From: a virus | Length of the DNA: 64,000 bases | Reading direction: 5' to 3' (one strand) | IMG/VR virus record: IMGVR_UViG_3300024520_000050 | Coordinates: 114,401 to 178,400 of that record | Shown: positions 40,669 to 49,308 of the stretch, one piece after another | How positions within the stretch are numbered: the first letter of the stretch is position 1 | How the letters are laid out: the number at the start of each line of letters is the position of its first letter | Program-made: the position numbers and the translations under genes | The notes under the pieces: generated by a model | Told to the model about the DNA's origin: nothing | The model's input: the letters and a program-made list of their open reading frames with translations, nothing else | Databases searched by the model: none

Positions 40669-41169
40669 TTAATGATTATCATTATCTGTTTCTAATACTG
40701 AATTACTTGAGAATAAGAATGCTTTTACTAACTCTTTATCTTCAAATATATGATGAAGTTCTTCTCCGTCAACTGAACCATGATCTATTCCACCAGATTC
40801 CCATCCATAACTTTTATAAGTAACTGTCTTACCATTGTGTTCATATGATTTCATTTCATAGTTCATCATATCTTCTATATAAACAACAGATTTACATTGA
40901 GTAACTTCTTTGATACATTCTTCTAATGTACGAAAATGATCTTCTTCTTTATCATTAGACCAATCACGACAATAGATAGCTAAGTATGATGCTTTAGTGT
41001 CAAAATCATAATGATGATCTTGTTCCCACCCAAAATCTTGTGGATAAATGTTAATATCACCATTCTCATCAGGAGTTGGTATATTATTTAATGTATCATT
41101 TTCACTGATACTTATACTATGACAACTACTCGAGTTTGTCTCAAATACTCTTTTTCTTACTACTTTCAT
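40669..41169 (-). CDS. Radical-SAM-adjacent protein with N-terminal FETNSSS.H motif
   Basis: MKVVRKRVFETNSSSCHS; C-terminal FLF...S.L.TDNDN. Confidence 0.7.
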   Translation of the reverse strand: MKVVRKRVFETNSSSCHSISISENDTLNNIPTPDENGDINIYPQDFGWEQDHHYDFDTKASYLAIYCRDWSNDKEEDHFRTLEECIKEVTQCKSVVYIEDMMNYEMKSYEHNGKTVTYKSYGWESGGIDHGSVDGEELHHIFEDKELVKAFLFSSNSVLETDNDNH

Positions 41170-41195
41170 TAGTTAGTTTTATTTATTTTAGTTAG

Positions 41196-41588
41196 TTAAT
41201 TTAAACATAAATCAAGTATAAACCTTCTTTTTCGCTTATTCATATCAGTATTCGTTAATTGATAACTCAACGATCCAACTAAATGGGCATTTCTAATAGT
41301 AATTATACAACTATCTATTCCATAAACAACTATAAATAAACCATTTCTAGATAGTGATTCTACGCGATCTACTTTACGTTTTCCTAATTGTACATCACTA
41401 TCTGAAAGAATCATTAAAAACTGTTCATTCGATAAACAAGCATATAATGGATCATTAAAAATACCATAATTATTCTGCATTAGAGTAGTTACATTTAACA
41501 ATTCACGTGCTAGTTTTAAATGACCAGCATTTAAGAATTGTAATACTTTTTCATAGTAATTATCTACTTTTGCTTGATCTATATTCAT
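41196..41588 (-). CDS. Hypothetical protein
   Basis: ORF in operon. Confidence 0.5.
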   Translation of the reverse strand: MNIDQAKVDNYYEKVLQFLNAGHLKLARELLNVTTLMQNNYGIFNDPLYACLSNEQFLMILSDSDVQLGKRKVDRVESLSRNGLFIVVYGIDSCIITIRNAHLVGSLSYQLTNTDMNKRKRRFILDLCLN

Positions 41589-41633
41589 ATTGTTTTAGTT
41601 TAATTAGTTATATATAACTTGTTGATAATCAAG

Positions 41634-41938
41634 TACATCTGGAGGGACTCGAACCCTCACGGCCATTACGGCCAATGGATTTTCATACCACTATAGCTTT
41701 CACTACCAATTTAATGTTTTGTGGTCTGGACTATACCTCAATCTTATTAATGATTAATCATTAACTTAGACTACTCCCGTCTAGTCTCTACACCTTCAAT
41801 ATCTAATGATAAAGCTTGGCTCGGTATTGCCATTTAACAGGTTTCACCGAATTTGAGAGTATGCGCAATATTAAATTTCTTTAATAAGGCTCAAATTATC
41901 CATAAGTCCATCGCGTCTACCAGTTCCGCCACAGATGC
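41634..41938 (-). tRNA. trnL: tRNA-Leu(TAA) interrupted by a group I intron
   Basis: Exon 1 GCATCTG...ATGGACTT (41904-41938), exon 2 AAAATCCAT... (41634-41683); spliced loop CT-TAA-AA; long variable arm. Confidence 0.92.
41684..41903 (-). mobile_element. Group I intron (220 nt, ORF-less, trnL-type)
   Basis: AAATTCGGTGAAACC...GGCAATACCGAGCCAAG, GTAGAGACTAGACGGG, GGTATAGTCC; terminal G. Confidence 0.92.
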
Positions 41939-41941
41939 ATA

Positions 41942-42322
41942 TTATTTATCTCCAAAAAGTCGACCAAGTCTATTATATTCCACTCTTAATTGATTTAACT
42001 TTATAGCTTCTTGTTCTTCTTTCCATTCTTTTTGTTGAATCTTGCGTTTTTCAAACTCTTCATCAGTTTCTTCTTGATTATAGTATGCTATCATTTCAAG
42101 ATCTTCAAGTCCATCAATATCCCATGCATAAAATCGTATGTTAGTGCAACCTTTTTCTCTTGCTAATTTCAAGTAATCTAATAACATAGTGATATCAATT
42201 TCATCTTCGCAATCAATATCTAAACATCCTAATGGATTCTTTTCAAATGTTTTCTTTATCATAATATTTAATTTATTAAAAATGATATAATCGTTTTGTA
42301 AATTGTTGTATTTTGAACACAT
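41942..42322 (-). CDS. Hypothetical protein
   Basis: ORF between tRNAs. Confidence 0.5.
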   Translation of the reverse strand: MCSKYNNLQNDYIIFNKLNIMIKKTFEKNPLGCLDIDCEDEIDITMLLDYLKLAREKGCTNIRFYAWDIDGLEDLEMIAYYNQEETDEEFEKRKIQQKEWKEEQEAIKLNQLRVEYNRLGRLFGDK

Positions 42323-42408
42323 GTCATCTCAACAACTCGGTTCCCGTGGCGGGATAACAACTTCACAAACTTCTGTCTGTGGTAATAAATTATATCTAAG
42401 CATGCTTG

Positions 42409-42482
42409 TATTCCTGGTAAGATTCGAACTTACGACCTTCTCATCCGTAATGAGATGCTCTATCCAGCTGAGCTACAGAAAT
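42409..42482 (-). tRNA. trnR: tRNA-Arg(ACG)
   Basis: TCTCA-TTACGGA-TGAGA. Confidence 0.9.
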
Positions 42483-42830
42483 ATCCTTTAAATAAGAAAG
42501 TTCTTCTTTCTATTCTTTTTCTTTCTTGCTACATTATCTTTTATAATCATTTCACCATAATCTTCTGTTTTACAGACAACTTCATGAGGATATATTCTAC
42601 CTCTTGTCCATAAACTTATATAAGGGTTCATTCTTGGAAAGTAATTTTTCCATACTCCACCTTTCATTCTTCTATACCATACGAACTTTTCAAACATAAG
42701 GAAGAAGAATATCCATTTAAGTGGTACAATAATAAAATAATATAATAATTTAATTTTTATGTTCTTCATTTTAATTTTTAACTTATTAGTGTTAGATTAT
42801 CATAATTAATTGATAATCAGTATGTTACTG

Positions 42831-42903
42831 CACGCAATGAAAGACTCGAACTTCCAACCTGCAGTTTTGGAGACTGCTGCTCTACCAATTGAGCTAATCA
42901 CGT
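42831..42903 (-). tRNA. trnW: tRNA-Trp(CCA)
   Basis: GCAGT-CTCCAAA-ACTGC; G73. Confidence 0.9.
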
Positions 42904-42962
42904 ATAAATAGGTAGAGAGTCATTAAGACCCTCTTTCAGTTGCCGAAGCTTATACCTATTTG

Positions 42963-43036
42963 TAGCCCTACCTGGACTCGAACCAGGGACCTTTCGCGTA
43001 TCAGGCGAACGCTCTAACCAACTGAGCTATAAGACT
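42963..43036 (-). tRNA. trnI: tRNA-Ile(GAT)
   Basis: TTCGC-CTGATAC-GCGAA. Confidence 0.92.
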
Positions 43037-43041
43037 ATCTA

Positions 43042-43335
43042 TTAAAATTCTGTAAATTGACAATGACCGTAGTAACCAAATATTTTATTAATTACATCAC
43101 ATTCATTCTCATTAATTTCTGTAATCCTAATATCTCTTAGTAACTCTTTACCATTTTCATATTCTACTTCTTCATTAGTACCAACACTAAATTCAAATGA
43201 TTCTTCATGTTTTTCTAATCTATTCTTATATTGAATCCAGTTCTCTTCATTCATTGTTGTAAAACCTATAAAATCTGCTTCATCTGCCCAATTACCTTCC
43301 CATTTAACTAGGAAGTATTTCTCTTCTTTACTCAT
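43042..43335 (-). CDS. Hypothetical acidic protein
   Basis: ORF in operon. Confidence 0.5.
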   Translation of the reverse strand: MSKEEKYFLVKWEGNWADEADFIGFTTMNEENWIQYKNRLEKHEESFEFSVGTNEEVEYENGKELLRDIRITEINENECDVINKIFGYYGHCQFTEF

Positions 43336-43862
43336 TTCTTCTTTTTCTTTTTACCTATTATAATAGCAGTCCATGTGTTTCCACCTAATTTAGGAAATGA
43401 TGTGAATTCTGCTTGCCAAGTTAAATCTTGTTCATTAATACTATTAACAAATGATTTAATAATACCTGCTCCAGTTTCTTTACCTCTAGCCATATTACGT
43501 CCACCTTTGATTAATAAACTAATCTTTACTTGATTCTTCTTGTCAATAAACTTAGTTGCATTTTTAACTCGATAACTTATATCATTATCACTTATGTCTA
43601 AACCTAATTGAATTGTTTTCAATTTAGTTTTTGATTTAGGTTTGTTATCTTTCTGTCGCTTTTTAGCTTCAAACTTCTTCTTTTTGATGTCATAAATTTT
43701 GCAAATCGGCATATCTAGATCACCATTCATAAGAACTAAATCTAAATTTCTTTCTTTTGCATAATTCAACGCATATTGTGAACCACAAGGTTCAGTAAAA
43801 TCAAGTGTATCCACAATTAGGACCATATGATATAATTGTACTACTTCTTCGTTAATCTTCAA
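43332..43862 (-). CDS. infC: Translation initiation factor IF-3 (divergent)
   Basis: INEE, AL..A...NLDLV, PICKIYD; C domain K.I.L...I...D....K.A.KF..K...VK.SL. Confidence 0.85.
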   Translation of the reverse strand: MKINEEVVQLYHMVLIVDTLDFTEPCGSQYALNYAKERNLDLVLMNGDLDMPICKIYDIKKKKFEAKKRQKDNKPKSKTKLKTIQLGLDISDNDISYRVKNATKFIDKKNQVKISLLIKGGRNMARGKETGAGIIKSFVNSINEQDLTWQAEFTSFPKLGGNTWTAIIIGKKKKKK

Positions 43863-44059
43863 TCTTTTAATTCTTTTAAGTATTTATCTAAATGTGTATA
43901 ATATAATTCTAATGCTTTTTCTCTATTCTTAAATCCTGATCTTTCACTATTTACTTCAATAGTAAATCCTGTTTTCCAACATTGTAATTTAATACTGTTT
44001 GTTGGATCAGGTCTAAAGGAAGACCATTCTAATTCTTTTCTGTATTCTTCTTTTGTCAT
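43859..44059 (-). CDS. Mini protein resembling release factor domain 3 but lacking the GGQ loop
   Basis: LEWSSFR-PDPTNSIKLQCWKTGFTIEVNSERSGFKNREKAL aligns to RF1 LRIDTFR[..GGQ..][32 protein letters not shown]. Confidence 0.65.
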   Translation of the reverse strand: MTKEEYRKELEWSSFRPDPTNSIKLQCWKTGFTIEVNSERSGFKNREKALELYYTHLDKYLKELKD

Positions 44060-44409
44060 ATTTCATATATTAACTCTTTATTATTCTCCCAAAAGTTACA
44101 TTTTTTATCATTCAATATTCTTTCATAATGAGAACAATATTCAATGGTTTTTAACTTCTGTTCTTCTTCATCAAAAACTTCTTTAGTTTTATAAATAGAT
44201 TTCATGCAGTATACATATTCTTCTGTTTTATCACACCATACTTGAGTATGAACTGTATCGATATGACTATGAAATGTGACAAATCCTTTGTTAGAGTTAC
44301 TTTTAACTTTAAATTCTTTGGTTATTGTTGTCCATTCTTCTCCATTATGAAGAAAGAATGGAAACTTACCTTTGCTTGTTCTTTTCATAATTATTATTTC
44401 TGATGGCAC
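44056..44409 (-). CDS. Hypothetical protein
   Basis: ORF in operon; true start may be ATG near 44388. Confidence 0.5.
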   Translation of the reverse strand: MPSEIIIMKRTSKGKFPFFLHNGEEWTTITKEFKVKSNSNKGFVTFHSHIDTVHTQVWCDKTEEYVYCMKSIYKTKEVFDEEEQKLKTIEYCSHYERILNDKKCNFWENNKELIYEI

Positions 44410-44564
44410 ATCTACCCACCTAACTTATACTGGTTAAGAAAAGTTATTGATGGGGTAGAACAGGTAAAGCCACTAACATTCACCCTGTGTTGTAGCATTA
44501 CAGTAAGCCTAGCGGAACTTAACCATAGTTCATAATACTTATTCACATGCTCATAATTTAATAG

Positions 44565-44647
44565 TGGGACCGGTAGGATTCGAACCTACGTACTCCAAGA
44601 AGACTGGATTTACAGTCCAGCGCTTTTAACCACTCAGCCACGTTCCC
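44565..44647 (-). tRNA. trnY: tRNA-Tyr(GTA)
   Basis: CTGGA-CTGTAAA-TCCAG; long variable arm. Confidence 0.92.
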
Positions 44648-44665
44648 AATTTGTTTATTTAATAG

Positions 44666-44750
44666 CGGAAGATGAGAGATTCGAACTCCCGGTGAGTTAC
44701 CCCACGCTGGTTTTCAAGACCAGTGCATTAAACCACTCTGCCAATCTTCC
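44666..44750 (-). tRNA. trnS: tRNA-Ser(TGA)
   Basis: CTGGT-CTTGAAA-ACCAG; long variable arm, G73. Confidence 0.92.
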
Positions 44751-44760
44751 TATTTAATAG

Positions 44761-44847
44761 CGGAAAGTAGTAGATTCGAACTACTGGTGCAATTACTCAC
44801 ACGCCGGTTTAGCAAACCGGTACCTTAAGCCACTCAGCCAACTTTCC
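44761..44847 (-). tRNA. trnS: tRNA-Ser(GCT)
   Basis: CCGGT-TTGCTAA-ACCGG; long variable arm, G73. Confidence 0.92.
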
Positions 44848-44855
44848 TATTAAAG

Positions 44856-44939
44856 AGTACATAATCGGATTCGAACCGACGTGAGCTATTAACTAATGGT
44901 TTTGCAGACCATCCTATTCGGCCACTCTAGCATATGTAC
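44856..44939 (-). tRNA. trnC: tRNA-Cys(GCA) with an atypical long variable arm
   Basis: ATGGT-CTGCAAA-ACCAT; U73; 15-nt variable region. Confidence 0.88.
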
Positions 44940-45412
44940 TATGTAAAAAATTTATCCATTTCCAAGTGGAATACTTAGTAGAGCATCGAACATCTCCACA
45001 CCCTATTTAATACTAATTGATTGTCCGAGGTCGACTCTTCTTTATCAATTCTATATGTTTTAAGTATCTTACAATAAATATCATTCTCTTGGCAGAATTC
45101 TGAATCCCCTGCTTCCCTTTAACGTCTTCGGATGACATTGCTAGTTTGGTTCATTATTTATCTTCAGTAAATTTATATCTTAATAATTACTTATCTCTAA
45201 GTTCATATTCAAAATCATCTTTTGAAACTGTTTCGTTCCAATAATTAGATGTTCCATTACAGTGACCAATAGTAACTGTATTAGTAGTTTCTGCTTCAAT
45301 TTGAACTGTACATTTATCAGTTCCTGGTTGACTACAGTCAGTGATTACATATTCACCAACATCATCTTTAATGTCTTTACTCATAATTCATATTTAATTT
45401 AGTTAATAAAAG

Positions 45413-45485
45413 AGCGGGCATTCGGCCTCGAACCGAAAACCTTTGACTTGGAAGGACAATGCTCTACCAATTGAGCTATACCCGC
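45413..45485 (-). tRNA. trnG: tRNA-Gly(TCC)
   Basis: TTGTC-CTTCCAA-GTCAA; U73. Confidence 0.9.
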
Positions 45486-45494
45486 TTTAAAAAG

Positions 45495-45568
45495 CCGTCC
45501 ATGAGAGACTCGAACTCTCGATCCCCGCCGTGACAGGGCGGTATCCACTCCATCTGGACCGATGGACG
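45495..45568 (-). tRNA. trnD: tRNA-Asp(GTC)
   Basis: CCGCC-CTGTCAC-GGCGG; G73. Confidence 0.88.
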
Positions 45569-45571
45569 GTT

Positions 45572-45919
45572 TTATTTTGTTGTATGTAATTTATCCCATT
45601 CTAGTATCTTATCTAATAATTCATCATGTGTTATTGATGATTTCTTATTCTTACTAATGTTATCAGTATGAATCATTAATTTACAATTTGCTGGATGAGC
45701 TATATGTTTTGGATCAATCTTATTTTCAAATCCTTGTCTGACAGAGTACATATGATCTCTACTTACTCCTTTAAGATTTGGTTTTTTACTATTTGATGGA
45801 CTATACCATCCATGTTCTTTAATTAATTCAAAATTAAAAGCATCTGGATAATCTTTAAGTCCGAATATAAACTTACAATCTGCTTTATATTGTAAATACT
45901 TATCTTTACCTTTTCTCCG
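45572..45919 (-). pseudogene. 5'-truncated HNH-like endonuclease remnant
   Basis: Open frame ...GVSRDHMYSV...IAHPANCKLMIHTDNISK... with no start codon (in-frame TGA upstream). Confidence 0.7.
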
Positions 45920-45920
45920 A

Positions 45921-46268
45921 TGTAATATTAAAAAAGATATTATTCAATTCCATACTCGTAATGCTTCTAGTGTAAGAAGAGTTGGAACATGTAAAGAGTG
46001 TTTACGAATAAAAAATCTTAAACGTCGTACAGATCTTAAAATAAAAGCAATTAATTATCTAGGTGGTCAATGTCAAGATTGTAATCTTAAATTAAAAGAA
46101 ACTTATATTGAAGTATTTGACTTTCATCATCTTAATCCTAAAACTAAAAAATATGTTTGGGCTCAAATGAAAAAACAATCATGGTTAAATATAACTAAAG
46201 AACTCGATAAATGTGTTTGTTTATGTGCAAATTGTCATAGAATTAGACACGCTAAAGAACATAAATAA
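45921..46268 (+). pseudogene. 5'-truncated HNH endonuclease remnant
   Basis: CNIKK...CKEC...LGGQCQDC...FDFHHLNP...ELDKCVCLCANCHR..H; lacks start and first Cys of the N-terminal CxxC. Confidence 0.75.
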
Positions 46269-46879
46269 TCGTAAGAACGACCTTTGCTCTTACGATTATA
46301 TTTTTTCTTGTTCTTATGAACTTTTTTAACTGATTTGTACCCATGAGGATTGTCCTCAAGATACACCGTGCGATGAGCATTTCCCAATACTGCATCAATG
46401 TCAATGTTGGATTCAACAGTTATACTGTTTTCTTCCTTTAACTTTTTCTTAGTACTCTTTTTCATGATATTAAAATTAAGTTACCAATGAACTATAATTT
46501 CAACCACATCTTTGATTTCTTTAAATCCTTTGTACACACAAGATGTAGCAAAACATAATCCATCTTTAAAATATCGAGCTGTAATATAACAACGACCCAT
46601 CTTTTTGGCTTCGTCTTTATAATGAGCTTCACTTTTTTCAGCTTTCTGAATATATCCTTCAGCTGTTCTTGCAGGAGTAACTAAACCCTCTGCTATTTCA
46701 TTTAATCTGTCATTTAAGTCACACATATTGTAAATTAAGATTAATAAATTTAGTTAGTTTAACTTTGTTATGCTTGAATTAGATGAATTAAACATAAATA
46801 TAAGATAAATATATAACATAGGCTTAATAAACGCTCTTTAGGTTAAACGTTGTTCGCCGCCGAACATTATTCAACCTAT

Positions 46880-47224
46880 CTACAGCAATCTCTGTACGTC
46901 AGATACTTTTTGAATTGTTATACTACAAATTGTATGAATTCCATATTCTCCCGTTGGAGCAATGTCTTCACTAAACCAATCCATTAATTCTTCAGAAAGT
47001 TGTGGATACATGTTGCAAAGTTCTCCTTCACTGCCTTGTTCTCCATTTGGCCAATTATGATTATGCATTGAAGTTCCATCAGAAAATTGATATTTTGGAA
47101 ATTCATCAATTGCATTTGCTACTTCTTTTAAATCTTCTAATCTACCTTCATTAATTGTACTTATACTTGTAACATAATCAGCATCATTTGTATCAGCTAC
47201 AATTATTACTTGATATTCTTCCAT
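46880..47224 (-). CDS. Hypothetical acidic protein
   Basis: IVADTNDADYV...YGIHTI motif. Confidence 0.55.
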   Translation of the reverse strand: MEEYQVIIVADTNDADYVTSISTINEGRLEDLKEVANAIDEFPKYQFSDGTSMHNHNWPNGEQGSEGELCNMYPQLSEELMDWFSEDIAPTGEYGIHTICSITIQKVSDVQRLL

Positions 47225-47259
47225 CTTTCCTTGTTAAATCAAGAAATATTCATTTTATT

Positions 47260-47613
47260 TAGCACCATCTAATCACCCCAATCTCTACAAAGCTATTGCA
47301 AGCGATGCGAACTATCGGTTCTAGTTCATAAATGGTCACGATATAATAAATGCTTCCTTAAGACCTCAAGCCCTAAGCTGGAAATGTTCCACGTGCTTTT
47401 CCTTCTTTCTCACTTATTTACATCTTGCTGGTAACTCCTCAGTAGTAAACATATCTCTCTAATACCATATCAAGATTCTACTGGGTAATGTTATAAATAG
47501 TAGTTGAAGCGGTTGTCTTTACGATATCGACAATATATCAACATTCTTCTTTGGCCAAAGCCTTTGCTATTGTATCAGTTCACTGAATTACAATTACTAT
47601 AATTTCCATTACC
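47260..47613 (-). ncRNA. Candidate large structured ncRNA of unknown class
   Basis: No ORF, GC-enriched, several nested helices and one interleaved (pseudoknot) pair. Confidence 0.5.
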
Positions 47614-47854
47614 TTCTAATTAACCGTTGGAAAGGTTTCAACGCCCGTATTATTCTAAACCATTATCATTCACTTTATTCTTAGACTTATCAATTTCTAT
47701 ATTAACCTTAACAAGTTCATCAGTCATTCTAGTAATATCTGGATGTAAAGGATTACTATCTTCTAACCATTTCAATCCATTAATTAATTTACGTCTTTTA
47801 GTCCTAAGACCTATCATTCTTAATATTCCCATTTTGTTTATTTATTTTAGTTAG

Positions 47855-47941
47855 TGATTCAGGCAGGACTCGAACCTGCGAGGTCATGATTGACACTGGG
47901 GTAGAAACCCAGGACGCTATCCATCTACGTTCTACTGAACC
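47855..47941 (-). tRNA. trnR: tRNA-Arg(TCT) with an atypical long variable arm
   Basis: CTGGG-TTTCTAC-CCCAG; variable hairpin GTCA-ATCA-TGAC. Confidence 0.85.
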
Positions 47942-48017
47942 ATCTTATATTCATTGGAACTCACAATACAAATAAAAATATTATATTGTGGTATTCGAAA
48001 ACATATAAAATATTAAA

Positions 48018-48528
48018 ATGAATAATTGTAAAAAATTGTAGTAAAGAAACTAAAAATAAGAAATTTTGTTCTAGATCCTGTGCGGCAAGTTATAATAATA
48101 AAATATATATTAAACGTAAAATAACTAAAATTTGTACTGAATGTACAGATACTGTTAGAAACTATAGAAGTACTTTTTGTGAACTTCATTATCAAAAATC
48201 TTTAATTGATAAAAAAGAAGCATTGCTAAATAGAACGTTAGGTTATATCAGAAAAAAACGTAGTCATAATCATAGAGCTAGTTTACATGCTGATATTAGA
48301 GGTCATGCTAGAAGTTATTTTAAAGAATTAACTAAAGCTCCTTGTGCTAATTGTAATTATGATAAGCATGTACAATTATGTCATATAAAAGCAGTTAGTT
48401 CTTTTCCTGATTCTGCTTTAGTAAGAGAAGTTAATCACAAAGATAATATCATTCAATTATGTCCTAATTGCCATTGGGAGTTTGATAAAAGTGATTTGAC
48501 AATAAAAGATATACTATCAAATCACTAA
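48018..48528 (+). pseudogene. HNH endonuclease gene with a +1 frameshift in an A6 run
   Basis: ATG 48018; removing one A at 48030-48035 gives MNNCKNCSKETKNKKFCSRSC... in frame with the 48223-48528 HNH ORF (CANC, CHIK, LCPNCHWEFD). Confidence 0.8.
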
Positions 48529-48531
48529 TTT

Positions 48532-48563
48532 TTCAACGCTCTATCCTTTTGAGCTACGAAAGC
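48532..48563 (-). pseudogene. 5' half of a tRNA (acceptor strand plus D arm only)
   Basis: GCTTTCG-TA-GCTC-AAAAGGATA-GAGC, abutting the 3' end of the HNH gene; no 3' half found. Confidence 0.6.
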
Positions 48564-48786
48564 ATAATGAATCAATGAATAGATTCATTCCAATTATTTT
48601 TATTAGGTGTTTGTTCGTAAATTTGTATTTTAACATCTAAAGTTGTTCTAGCATCATCAATACAATCTATATACTCTTCTACAGTTTCACATTCTTTATG
48701 ATCACTTAACACATTCAATAGTTCACATGCAGCATTATATAATTCTTCTGCTGCTTCGAGTTTTAAGTCTTTCATTATTTTATTAT

Positions 48787-49308
48787 TCAATATCCTATAA
48801 TACCATCTTCTTTTAATTTAATATACATTGCTTGACGTCTAATGCCATAGTTTCTTGTCAATCTATGTCTATTAACAATAGTAAAATTTTTACAATCTTC
48901 ACTCATTTCAATAGCATTCATTTTAGAAGTACCTTGAATCATATTATCTTCATCTGATATATTTATAATTAATTCAGCTAATTCATTTAATGATTTAATA
49001 TTATTGACATATTGCCACATATCTAATTCTTCTTCTGGATCTAATTCTTCTTCATATTCAGTATCTTCTGGATGATAATATTTTAAAGCATATCCATCTC
49101 GAACACCATTATAATATGAACTTCCAAATTCACATTCCCAGTAAGTATCATCTAACACACAATGTAGTTTAATTTGCCAATATGTTATTTGCTTACCCAT
49201 ATCAGTGTCTGTCTGCTTAAGACTTACTACATTCCATCCTTCTTTGCAAGCAACATATTCATCATACAGACAATATTCTGTCATAACGTCATTTAATTCT
49301 TTACTCAT
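48787..49308 (-). CDS. Hypothetical protein
   Basis: ORF in operon. Confidence 0.5.
   Translation of the reverse strand: MSKELNDVMTEYCLYDEYVACKEGWNVVSLKQTDTDMGKQITYWQIKLHCVLDDTYWECEFGSSYYNGVRDGYALKYYHPEDTEYEEELDPEEELDMWQYVNNIKSLNELAELIINISDEDNMIQGTSKMNAIEMSEDCKNFTIVNRHRLTRNYGIRRQAMYIKLKEDGIIGY

Noticed and set aside
47260-47613. RNase P RNA or tmRNA identity for the large structured spacer
   Set aside because: Lacks the GAGGAAAGUCC P4 signature and tRNA-like termini; kept only as an unclassified candidate.
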